Source: Psammoneis japonica (Eukaryota). From it: a DNA stretch of 64,000 nt. The DNA is taken from positions 276,406-340,405 of the forward strand of contig QPGO01000056.1 in the NCBI GenBank assembly GCA_008632985.1, in the 5' to 3' direction. How positions within the stretch are numbered: the stretch's first letter is position 1; every line of letters starts with the position of its first letter. Shown here piece by piece: positions 13,266 through 25,679 of this stretch. A program made the position numbers and the translations under genes. Below the pieces are notes generated by a model. The model worked only from the letters and a program-made list of their open reading frames with translations, was not told the origin of the DNA and made no database searches.

Positions 13266-14079
13266 CTAATGCAGTGCATGCCATATTTTTCTCTGACAAG
13301 TATATCCATTAAAAAGAGAGGTAAGATAAAGTCCAGAAATGGATAAAACTCCTTCTGTGATTTTGCCGGAATTTGTTCCTGCTTGAATCTCACAACTCAC
13401 AACTTCAACAGCTGATGCTACTTTGCCGCCAAACTTGCTAGTGCATGACATGCTTTATTTCACTCAGCAAAGTACACATGAGAAAAGATAGGTGAGAGAA
13501 TGCCCGAAAGTGGACAAACACTCGTTCTGAGATTTTGCTGATATTCATGCTCTTTTCTCACAACTATCGCGTTTCTATTTGTTCGTTCTCGACAGATTGA
13601 AAAGTGTAGAAACCATTATACAGATACTTAAGACTCTCTGTAATGAAAAGTGTTGGTCAGAGTTGGTTGGGTTGGTGAGCACAGCAGAGTGAGGCAGACT
13701 GGAGGACGACGACGAGGAGCAAAAGGGGATCAGGGCGACTCAAGGGCGTGGAGCCGTCGTCGTGGTAATCTACAATCTACCACTTTGAGGAAAAGTCCGG
13801 GAATAACCGGCAGACGAGGTTTCTCTCGTCTCTAAACATTTGAGTGACTACCTGGGTTGCTGACTGCAGCGGCACCCAGGCAATTTCTTTCTGCAAAGAT
13901 GTTCACGTGGCTTGGCCCCACCTCTGAATATCGAGACGGCCAACGAGAGCCAAGGGGTTGCTCCCCGGTGAGGCATTGATTGACACTTCCAAGGAAGGGA
14001 GTGTCTTTCAATACTGTAGACCCGAAATCTTAGTCGCGACAGGGTTCGGCTGCCCTCGAAAGCCGGTGCGTGTGGATTG

Positions 14080-14445
14080 ACTACTGCTGGTACGACTGAT
14101 ACCACCACTGCTATTTCGACTGCTACCGTTGCGACTACTGCCATTGCAAGGGCCACTGTTGCGACTAGAGCCCTGCTGTTATTTTGACTGCGCTGCTATT
14201 GTGACTGCTGCGGTTTGCAACTGGTGCTATTGCGACTACTACCATTTCGACTGCATTGCAACTGCTGCTGTTGCAACCGGTGCTATTGCGACTACTGCTG
14301 TTGCGACTGCCATTACAGCGACTACGGTTGTTGCGACTACCATTATTGTGACTACTGCCATTGCAACTGCTGCTATTCAGACTTTTATTATTGCGACTAC
14401 TATCATTGCGACTGCGACTGCCACTATTTAGACTGCTGCTGTTGA
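14080..14445. repeat. Low-complexity triplet-like repeat (gcgactact/attgca units)
   Basis: Degenerate short units; the minus strand reads Ser/Asn/Arg-rich. Confidence 0.75.
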
Positions 14446-16516
14446 AGCTTAATTATGCTTTTGCTTTTTGCGTCGATTGGCAATTCTCTCTGCATCTTGT
14501 TTGTTCTTGAAATCCCGTTTTGCCTGCCTGCGCCCTTCCTCTCTGTTTCTGGCATTGTCACACGGATGCTCTTTTGCTTCACTAACAAGCAATTCTGCCA
14601 TCCTCTCCTTGAGCATTCACTGGCAAGCCTGGGACATCCAAAAGGTGCAGCAGAACATCGTCGCTGGTCTGCTCCCCGTCGGTCCCCATTGGCAGCACTT
14701 GCCACATAAGACACTTGCGCTGGAGCAACCAATGGTGCCACTGGCAGTGGGTTATCTATGTCTTCATCAGTTAGAACCCCAGCCTCGCCTTTGCATCCAG
14801 CCAGATCCTCGTCGACTTGTTCCAAATTGTTTCGTCTCTCCTGAGGGGCACTCTCCCGACGCGCTAGCAGCTGGATTCTGGCTCTGCTCTTCACGACTCG
14901 ACCGTCCAAATTTCTCAACGAGTTCATGGCAGTCATCTCCCACAGAGTCTTTCAGCATCACCAACTCCTGGTTGACTTTCCATTTGTTGTAGTAGGTGCG
15001 AAGCACACTGGGCAACTTTGGAAAAACAGTGACGTAGTCCGCTTTCAATTTGAATATGATGCCAATTCAACCCACGTCTTTGAGGTTGGTCTCGGGTGAT
15101 CTTTCAGATGGCCATTGTAAATACGCTTTTCATTGGATGTGACATGTGCAATGGTGGACCTCTCAATTTCATTCGTTCTGAGTTGAAATGCAACTTTTGA
15201 CGTGAGGTCACAAAGAATTGAACGTAACAAATGCATGTGGCTGCACTCACCAGCGAAAAACTTCAGATCCCCCGTTAGTTTGGGATCGGGCATGTCTTGC
15301 TGCTCAACAAATTTAGCATCATAATTTAATGGTCCCACGCCAACAGCGACAAAATCTTTCACCGGCTCGAACAAAGATTGATTCGTATGCTGCGGAAATG
15401 GATCGTATCCAAACAATTTCAGCATTCGTAGTTGTGTTTGTCAATAATGTCCAGATTCGGCATTCCAAAGTCATGGGCACCACAGCAACGAACACCAGCA
15501 TTTACATTGTATCAATGCGTGACAAGCAGCAACAGGAAGTGACCAACTTCTGCACCCACAACATGCGGTCCAAAAGCTGCCCTCATCTTCTGGTGCAAAT
15601 TCTCAGATCTATTGGATCCGAGTCGACGCAGCCATAAATTCAAACCGTGCTTGTCCTTCCCGTCCCATTGATACATGACTATGCCACTCGATTCTTCCAT
15701 CTCACCCCTCTCGTACATATCTTCCAACCTGTCAAAGTATTGCTCCAGTTTGGGACCCCAGCAATCTTTCAGAATAGTGTTAGATGTAACCATATGTCGG
15801 GTGGCGCGGATGTTCTCGGCTCCTTTCTTTGCTGGCGGAGGATAGACTCGGACTCTTTGGTGCCAGAATTCCCGGTTAAAATAGAAGTGGTCAAGAATTT
15901 CCTTGGTGGAAGGAGCACCACGGTGATCGGCAAGGTATCCTGTGATATCATCCCAATCATCCGTGTCGAACTCTGTGGTTGCTTGTATGACCAACCGACG
16001 AACCAGCTTGATCGAAGAAAAGTTAGGAGGGTACCACTGCTTGCCATGCTGCCGAGCACTCGAATTGCATGGGCTAAGAATAAAGTTCTTTACCCCTTCC
16101 AAGTAATTGTGCATTTTTGAGCCACGAGGTGGCTTGTATCGAGATGATTCACGTTTCTTTTTTGATTCTTCACTCGTATCATCTTCAAGGTCCTCATCAT
16201 AGTCTTCCTCATCGTCGCTAAAATACGCATCCTCGTCGTCATCCCCTTCATTCTTGCTCCAAAGCCTCTCGCCTTTCCCTTGCTCTGGCCCCTTGCTGCT
16301 CTGCTTCGACTGCTTTCTGATGCTCGCTTTCTTGTCTGGCGCCACTCTTCTGCCTGAGCCCTTTCTACTGCCACCGCTGCCGGTTCCGCCCATGGTGATT
16401 GGTGCTGTTACAGTATTATGCGTTCTTTCCGGGCAACTTTTGCGTGTTGACGACTTGTCTGGCGCCACTCTTCTGCCTGAGCCCTTTCTACTGCCACCGC
16501 TGCCGGTTCCGCCCAT
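14424..16516 (-). pseudogene. Fragmented transposase-like gene (DUF6729-associated type, tentative)
   Basis: N-terminal GGSRKGSGRR, an acidic tract, and GKDKHGLNLWLRRLGSNRSENLHQKMRAAF, which resembles the G-D-GL...RGTN..E..H motif. Continues in broken ORFs 15045-15425, 14767-15048 and 14424-14936. Confidence 0.5.
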
Positions 16517-16576
16517 GGTGATTGGTGCTGTTACAGTATTATGCGTTCTTTCCGGGCAACTTTTGCGTGTTGACGA
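16331..16576. repeat. Exact 123-bp tandem duplication
   Basis: 16331-16453 equals 16454-16576; 41 codons in frame, duplicating MGGTGSGGSRKGSGRRVAPDK. Confidence 0.95.
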
Positions 16577-16847
16577 CTACTCGTACTCGAGCGCAGCGAG
16601 AGTCGAGCTAATCAAAACGCTCTGCCCACAACCAGACGTATTTTTTACACCAGGCAAAAACGCGAACTCGGCTCGTATAAATTGATGGGGATTCTCGTTT
16701 TGTTCGCAAGAGAATTACAATCTCATCAGCGTGTGCCATCTCAGACAAAAAGAGTGAGTGGTTTTGTCGTTTTCTCTCTCATTTCCTAAAAAAACCAAAC
16801 GGTCGTTCAATTGCAATGTGTTCGTTGCAGGGAAGCATCAGACGAGC

Positions 16848-19800
16848 ATGTCACACCTCCATCCAGGACGGACTTGGGAAGAAGTAGAAAATGCGGCGAC
16901 TTCTGCTCCACTCATGCCCAACCATTCGGCTGCAAGGAAGAGTGCAAATGAGAGAACTCACGAAGGACCCGAAGAATTTCCAATTGAAAAGGCAGCTGCA
17001 AGTCAAACCCACAAAGACGAAGCCGTACAAAATGCAGAAAGTTCATCGAAGATGGTTCATGATGAATTATTGACCATCAAAAAGGTAGCTGCAAGCGAGA
17101 CCGTCGAAGACAAAGCCGAGCAAGAGGTTAAAAATTCCTTTGCTGTGTCCTCGACGATGAGCCATGAACTTTTGCAGCTCTTGGAACTCTTTGAGGACAA
17201 GTCGGTTGCAGAATTAAGGATGGTTCTCAATCAACATCAAGGTGACCTAGACAGGGCAGTGGAGGCTGTGTGCAATGCTGAGTGCCAAACGGCTGGCGAC
17301 ACCTGTGAAGGGAAAAAGCAACACTCGCCAACTGTTGCCACCAAGCGAGAAAGACACGACGGAGGGAAGGCTTCTGTCAACTGCGGCAATGACAAAGGCA
17401 ATGAAGAAAAGCACTTGGACATTCCCATCGAGCCAGAGAAGGCAAGAGAAGAATTCTCAAGGGCAAATGAAGACATAGAGTCAGGGGCGTCTCAGGGCAC
17501 GCATCCCGGTGCCTTTGCTGTGCAAGAGAGAGGCATCCAGGATCGCCAGGAGGATGCAGGGACCATTGCAGCAACCATTGCGGTGACTGTGCCCCCAAGT
17601 GCCGATTCACAAGCAGTGCCTTTTCCTCCCATTGCGGCAGAGGTGGCTGAAGATCAACAAGACATTGACGTGGATGAACGCATTCGTCGTGTCTTGGCTG
17701 ATTCTGCTGTCCCAGCAGAACAGGTCACTGCTGTGGCTGCTGCCGAAACACAGGAGCAGGCAATCAAAAAGAACGCAAAGTGTCATCCAAGCAGCAAGAA
17801 GATGGTTGCAGTCTTGTTGGTCCTTGTTCTGGCAGCAGCAGCTGCTGTTGTGGCCGTGCTGTTAACAACAAAGAGCAGCAAGCCGACCGAATCATTGACA
17901 ACGATGACAGTTGTCATTCAACTGGATGACCAACCGGAAGAAACGGGTGGGAGTTGGAGACCAGCAAAGCAGTGTTTGACTTTCCTCCTGGAACTTACGC
18001 TGGGAAAGCCCGCAGACGGGTCACAGCAAAAGTTGATGCAATTCGAGGAACTGACTGCAACTTCGGAATCTTTGACACTGGGGGGAATGGAATCGTTGAT
18101 GGCTGGTACAAAATCTATGACAGCCCGGATGTGACGGATGATGAAAAAAAACTGCTTGTTGACGGATCTGGTGACTTTGAGAGTGAAGCACGCCACAGTT
18201 TCATGGTCTTTGGCGAGGAAGAAATCAAGGAAACCGTGGATTGCCCCCATGAATGCTGCATTGACAGCGATTGTGGTGACAACGAGATGTGTGCAGTGAA
18301 CAGCTGTGTCTGTCGCCATGAGTGCTGTGGCGACAGTGATTGTGGAAGCAACGAGTTTTGCTCAGACAGCAATGAGTGTTTGGCAGAATGTGAGTGCCCC
18401 AACGGCGACAATGATTGCTCTGGAAGTGATGTTTGCGTTGACTGCAAATGCACTCCAGTCTGTGTGACGAGCGATGATTGCCCTCCGGACCACGAATGTC
18501 AAGACCCTGGCGGGTGTGTTTGCGCCTTTCAGTGCTGCAGCAATGACGATTGTGGGAGCGACGAGATTTGCTCAAGCAATGCCTGTGCCTGTCGCCATGA
18601 GTGCTGCAGCAATGCTGACTGTTCCAGTGATGAGATGTGCTCGAACAACATTTGCACCTGCCGTCACGAATGTTGCAGCGACAGTGATTGCCCCCTGGAC
18701 GACGAGGAGTGCAGTGGCAATGTTTGTGCCTGCCGTCATGAATGTTGCAGTGACAGCGATTGTCCCAAGGAAGATGAGAGATGCAGCTCCAGCCGCAACA
18801 TGTGCATTTGTCGCCATGAATGTTGCAGCGACAGCGACTGCGCCAAGGAAGATGAGAGATGCAGCACCAGCCGCAATGAGTGTGTTTGTCGCCATGAGTG
18901 CTGCCACAACTCGCATTGTGATGGTGGTGCTGAGTGCAAGAACAACAAATGTGTGGCAGTGCCTGTGTGCAGCGGATGTGCTTCTGACTCAGACTGCCCC
19001 GACAGTTTAGTTTGCTTGGACTGTGAGTGCAAATGTCCTCATGAATGCTGCGATTCTGATGGGTGCTCTGGTCAGCAGCAGTGCGAGAACAATTTGTGTG
19101 TGGGCTGCATTGAGTTGTGCTTGGACTGGGAAGAATGTGAAGGAAATCAATGCAAGTGCAGAGACGATCGGTGTCAATTGGAAGGAGATGGCTTTGAGTG
19201 CCGCGACAACGAGTGTGTCTGTCCTGGTGAGTTGGAGTGCTGCCAGGACTCGCATTGTGATGGTGGTGCTGAGTGCAAGAACAACAAATGTGTGGCAGTG
19301 CCCGTGTGCAGCGGATGCGCTTCTGACTCAGACTGCCCCGACAGTTTGGTTTGCTTGGACTGTGAGTGCAAATGTCCTCATGAGTGCTGTGATTCTAACG
19401 GGTGCTCTGGGCAGCAACAGTGTGAGAACAACGTGTGTGTGGGCTGCATTGAATCGTGCTTGGACTGGGAAGAATGTGTGGGAAATCAGTGCAAGTGCAG
19501 AGATGACTGGTGTCAATACGAAGGAGATGGCTTTGAGTGCCGCGACAACGAGTGTGTCTGCCCTGGTGAGTTGGAGTGCTGCCAGGACTCCCACTGTGAC
19601 GGTGGTTCTGAGTGCAAGAACAACGAGTGTGTGCCAGTGTGCAGCGGATGCATTTCTGACTCAGATTGCTCCGGAAGTTTAGTTTGCTTGGACTGTGAGT
19701 GCAAATGTCCTCATGAGTGCTGCGATTCTGACGGGTGCTCTGGGCAGCAACAGTGTGAGAACAATGTGTGTGTGGGCTGCATTGAATCTTGCTTGGACTG

Positions 19801-20102
19801 GGAAGAATGTGTGGGAAATCAGTGCAAGTGCAGAGATGACTGGTGTCAAGACGAAGGAGATGGCTTTGAGTGCCGCGACAACGAGTGTGTCTGTCCTCAT
19901 GAATGCTGCCGCCAATCACATTGTGACGGGAGTTCTGAGTGCAAGAACAATGAATGTGCTCCTCCTTCCTGAGTGCAATGACCTGCATGATTGCGACCAC
20001 CAACAATTTTGCAGGAGCTGCAAGTGCCTCCCCTGCGAGTGTCCCAACGGAGATGCGGATTGCCCTGACGATTCTCGGTGCGATGATTGCGAATGTCGTT
20101 AA
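16848..20102 (+). CDS. Type II membrane protein: CUE-like domain, TM helix and long Cys-rich repeat ectodomain (two apparent frameshifts, ~17947 and ~19965)
   Basis: ELLQLLELFEDKSVAELRMVLNQHQGDLDRAVEAV (CUE-like); PGAFAV motif; TM VAVLLVLVLAAAAAVVAVLL; IQLDDQPEETG(W)ELE; CRHECCSDSDC repeats and 339-bp repeats starting at ~18910, 19249 and 19588. Confidence 0.75.
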
Positions 20103-20120
20103 CGTGGAGTGTTGCAGCAC

Positions 20121-20900
20121 CATTCAAAAACAACACAGACTTGGCAAGCTTGTTGTTGTGAACAACCGAAAACAGAACATGAAAGATGCAGTTGAGCAAC
20201 AAATTACATTACACAATGCATTTTGAAATCAAACCTTATTTGTTTATATTGTTCATTCTGTATCCTGCATGTACGTTTTGCATTGATGGCCTCATGAAAA
20301 GCATGCCTGTGAAAAAGACTCGTGCAAGAAACGCCAAAGCCAGCCGTCGTGGCCTAAGATGGACACAACTTTTCGAAGGAGAAAACATTCAAAAACAACA
20401 CAGACTTGGACAGCTTGTTGTTGTGAACAACCGAAAACAGAACATGAAAGGTGCAGTTGAGCAACAAATTACATTACATAATGCATTTTGAAATCAAACC
20501 TTATTTATTTGTTCATTCTGTATCCTGCATGTATGTTTTGCATTGATGACCTCATGAAAAGATGCCTGTGAAAGACTCGTGCAAGAAACGCCAAAGCCAG
20601 CCGTCGTGGCCTAAGATGGACAACTTTTCGAAGGAGAAAACATTCTTTAAAAAATACATTCTAAAGCAGCCTGAGATGAGACAGGATAATATGTGAATGG
20701 GCCGAATAAAAAGAGTCCATTGATGACCTTTCGTTGAGAATGAAAGGCTTGTTGAATGCCTGTGGCAAGACACGTGCAAGAAATTCCGAAGCCAGCCGTC
20801 GTGGCCTAAGATGGACAACTTTTCGATGGAGAATACATTCTTTAAAAATAACATTCTAAAGTAGCCTGAGATGAGACAGATTAATTACTTATGTGAATGG
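20121..20900. repeat. Nested tandem duplications downstream of the Cys-rich gene
   Basis: ~265-bp unit at 20121 and 20386; gccagccgtcgtggcctaagatggaca occurs three times (~20338, ~20596, ~20790). Confidence 0.9.
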
Positions 20901-23900
20901 CTGGCCTTGAATAAAAATAGTGGCTTAAGACGCTTTAGAAGAAAAAGCAAACTTTGTACTATCACTAGACCGAATATTGGCATCGTCCAAACAAAAGCAA
21001 AAACGAATCAATTCCCTAATCTTGGGACCATACAAATACTGTAGGAACTATTTCAACCCCCCTCCCGTGCACTGTGTTGCCACACATAACGATTCTGGCA
21101 TTTCACAAAACTCATAACGCTTCTGGCATTTCGTAAAACTTGCCCATGACATTTCATTGAAGCACATTGAATCTTCTTATTCACTCGAAACTTTATCCAC
21201 TACAGGACAGCTTTCGATATGATGGCTTTTATCGAGTTGGTCAAATTCCTTAGAAAGTTTTCGTTTCTTGGTCGTTTTAGAAAGCGGAAAGCTGCACAAA
21301 GAACATCCAGCTAAGTCCTGCATAACATTTCATTCATTTTGCATGAGTTTCTTCACTACATTCCCACGGCAAATAACATGTGCCAAGTCGACAGTCACTC
21401 AACACGTGATTTCACAATTTCAGCAGCTCTTGACAAAAAAAGACTTCATGTCGACACATTTTGTTGCGTCTTGTTCAAAATAAACGGTCGCCAGGTGTTC
21501 GCATCAATTCGGCACTACGACAGAAGACGACGCAACCAGCAGCGGGACTTTTGCACTTGCCAAACCGCTTGCGGCTACACTTCCCGCAAGGAGCTTGAGT
21601 TTTCATTATCTTTTTTGTCTACAAGTCATCATGTTCATTTTCTCGCTTGTCTCTCTGCCAGTCAACATGTAATGAGTCACCCCGAATTTAAAGGCATGGA
21701 ACTCCGTGCGGCTAAGAGACAATGTCAGATCAGGTAACTTTAGAAGGTAAATGAAGACGAGATCTTCAATCAAGAACAACTACAGGAAGCAAAAATCAGT
21801 CTGAGGGCTAGAAAAACATCTGTTAGAGGAAAACATGAATTTAGTTAATAACTAAGCTGGACCGCGCAGCGTAGCTGAATACATCCTGTGTCCAATTTCG
21901 CGCTCTAGACAACGAAGAAACCAAACAACTCTGGCCCAGCTTTAGGGGTATAGAGATAGAGAATCTAAATACAGGATACTAAGTTTCATTTAATCATTTC
22001 CTCTCAGAATCTGTCCAAAATAAAAACAATGGACAGCTCTCTTTCTGGCCGCCTTGTCTTCCCAGCTTTACCTGGACGCATCGTATCAGATACGTGCATG
22101 AATCAGAGGAAGCTCTGATTCGTATGTTCTTAGACTATTTGGCCGTGTCTTGGTCTGTCTATCGCCAATTCGCGCCAAAATAGGATTCCTCAAGGCGTTG
22201 GCAAGCTACGTGTCAGGAATAAACAGGCATCAGATGAAGCATGGACCGACAGACCGTAAAATGTATGGGAACTTTCTCGTAGATTCTATGAGACAAACGG
22301 GCGCCGGTGATGCTTATGTCGAGTAATAAGTATAGATGTGCGCCCATATTGACTCTGGATGCAGTTTGTGGTTGATTTCAGAGCATCGTTGTCAATGGCT
22401 TTTTTTGCAATTTTCTACGTGAATTACGCGTAGCAACAATACGGGATATTGATGACAATGGCATCATCTCGAATGATCGATTAGAGCTATTAGATGGACA
22501 CCAGTGAGCCAAATATTGTATCAGCTACACTTATCATGTTTATATTGTTACTACAGTATGCCTGAAATTAGTGTGGATATTGTTTTTATCCCCACATGGT
22601 CGCCATTGTCGCTTGTCGTGTTATGTCGCGTTTTTGTGCGTCTCTGTCGCAGTTTTCGATCCAACCTCATCTCTCTTTTTAAAATTGTACGCAATTTCTA
22701 CATTAGTATTTTAACGGTAAAACGCTAGGAAACTGGCGTCTGACGCCTGTTTATTCTTTTTGTAGCAAGGCGGAGAAGCACCTTAGAATCAAAGAAAAAT
22801 TTCGACCCAAACCATGTTTCTTATGACTTTTAACTGAAAATTTTTACCTTTTTTCGTACCGTGCGTTTTTTTTTTGAAGGATTCTGTTTTTGTGTTGGCT
22901 AAAGTACGTCCTTCGTACCGTTTTCTTGGGCAAAGGCATGTCGTTGTCAATTTCCACGGATGTCTGAGACCTTGCTTGTTCGGTGCTCTGGAGACTTATC
23001 CGCCAGCCAGAAAAACTGGACACCTTCTCTATCTATGATGCGTTAACTGTATGAAATTGTCTATCTTCGGCATTTCAACAGTTTCCTGAAAGATTTTTCC
23101 CCTATTTCCGAAAAATAGTTCTTTCCGAAAGAGTTTTCTTCTAAAATGACACAGAAATTTTCATAAAGGTAGTAGCCAGATGTTTGCGCATAATTTCTGG
23201 AGCCCTTTAGACTTCAGTGCGAATTCTTCTAGGTTTCAGCTTGGCCGAACCACATTTTCAATGATCCTTTTCATCAAAATGCCGAGTCACGGCGAAGAAT
23301 CAAACTTAGATAAAAACGGTTATTAGACAACGATATTTTTGGACACGAGGGTCGAAATGGCACTTTGACTGTGTCAATCCATATCTACTCCTGATGATCT
23401 TTTGACTTGTCATTGTCATCCATTGCCTGTAAGTCAGATGAGCACCATGATTTTTATTTTATATACTATAATTAAGAAGAATTACAGTTCTACGTAAGCG
23501 CCCGTAGGGTTATCCCTTGTTAGAGTGTGCCCGGGCACTTTGGAACGCTAGGCAGTTGCGCCAATGACAGAGAAACCAAAAGTATCAGAAGGGAAACTCT
23601 ATTGTGCCAGCGTTCGGGAGGTGCGGCGCCGCCATGGTGTTGCATCTCTTTGCATTTTCTTCCCGAATTCAGCATCTTTTCTACGTAAAATTCTACGCGA
23701 TTCAGCAATATCCAAGTCAGTTCCTTTTGTACAAATTTCTTGTAGGTACATTTCTACACGTTCAGCCAGAAATTCGAGTCGACGACCGTGTTAGGTTTAT
23801 CCTCTTGTTCTTCTCACCAACGTACTTCCTCCGAGCTTTCTTTCCAATACACTACATTAAGTCTTCCAAGTGGCTAGGGCTAGTATTTCACCCGATAATC

Positions 23901-25679
23901 CCGAATTGGATTTTCTTGGATGTTTTCATCCCAGGAATTTCTCTCACATTCTCTTCAAGCATATTATCTTCAGAGATAGACACGTGTTTAGTTTTCTGCA
24001 GTGTTTTTTTTGTGTCTCCCACGTGGTGTGGCTGGGCTTGTCCATTCTTCGAGGCACAGCAACACGGTCAGTTTCTATTTTGACTTTAAACTGTGGCGTC
24101 CAACAGGCATTGTTCTTTAACAATGAATCAAATAGCTATCAAATTGTTCCTGCCGCTCTTTACGGGTACTTAAGAAGAATTACAGTAATAAAAACCATTC
24201 CTTTTATTATATTTTATAACTACGAATAAGATGGAAAAACATTTTTCTTGATTGCACCACCACACTTGAATGTCTTACTCATTGAATACCTAGTACATTG
24301 CCTACGTGGACACATCAACACAAGTGACAGATGTATCCAACCACCAGGTTTTCTCATCCGAAGGTTCACCTGATGATGCATATCTTATCACAATGGCGTT
24401 CAGCGCCCACGACGGCTCAATCATTGTCATCTTGTGGTGATGAGAATAACCTTTGTAGAGCGACAGTAATAGGTAGACTTGCTTATGGTTGGCTTATGCT
24501 TCATAAAAGAGAGTGTAGAACCACACAGCAAGTAGTTCTTCCGAATATTGGCCATGGAGGCCTTAACAGTTTCCTCCCGAACGTGTTTTTTGAACATCTT
24601 CAATGGAAATAAAAATCTAAAATCATACAAGAAAATTACGCTTTTATATACGTCCCCCCATTCAATAAGTCCGTCTCTTCCGTGACGGTGTGTCTACGAG
24701 CTGTTATGTGCATTGTTGTTGTCTCTTATTGCTCTACGTGTTTCTTTGTCTCAGATGATTTATCACTTAGGATGTGGACACTAGCCTGCTCGTTCATCCC
24801 CCTAAATGTTTGGGCGATTTGGTGATAGACAGACCAACATGTCCAAAGTTCTACGTAAAGGACCAATTTTTGCGATGACTTTGCCTCTATTTAACTTCTG
24901 TCAAAGTCGGTGCCTTCCATAGCCATGAATTGGGTCCTAACGCCACTGTTCAATGCAAGTAGCATGACCCGTCATCTACTGTACATCATCTGATGTGCCT
25001 AACCCCCAAACTAAGCACTGTCGATTCGCATTTAATTTGGACATGCTTCAAAACGAATTTGATCTTCTAAGAAATGTATCTTTGAATAATAACTACATGC
25101 TTTGAATACGTAAAATGTCAAAATTAAATGAAAAATGTAGTCATTTGTAGTCACTTGGGAGGAAACAGTTAAGCCAAATGTGGTTCTACTTTGCCGTATC
25201 CTTTGCTCTAGTTGCCTTGTGGCTTGTATTTGTGGCAACACGACACAAGCACATTTTATGCCGTAGAAACGATCTGTTGTGTTCTGCAGATAAGCTAGCA
25301 TATTTCGTCGTATCTTTTACGATAGATGGCATTCGAGCAATAACATTGACTACATTGAATTTTGTGATGATTGATTGACAAAAGTTATCATAAAAGGGAT
25401 TCATGATTATGTCGGTCTTTCAATGAATTAGAGACGCACCCACTATGACAAAAGTCTATCTTAGGCTTTTTTTCGGAAAATGTTTATTCACAACCTCATT
25501 GAATGCTTTCCTTTTCTTCCTGACCTTGTCCGCTTAGTCCCACACGCAGCTATGGGTTTTCTCAGGCGATTTCAAAGACGACATTATCAATGGGTTATTA
25601 TCTCAGGCGATTTCAAAGACGACATTTTCAATGTTCAAATAAAACATTGTCAACATTATTCGACTCTCTCCTTTCGTTT

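Noticed and set aside
14215..14445. Cys/Tyr/Asp-rich metallothionein-like ORF
   Set aside because: An alternative-frame reading of a low-complexity repeat.
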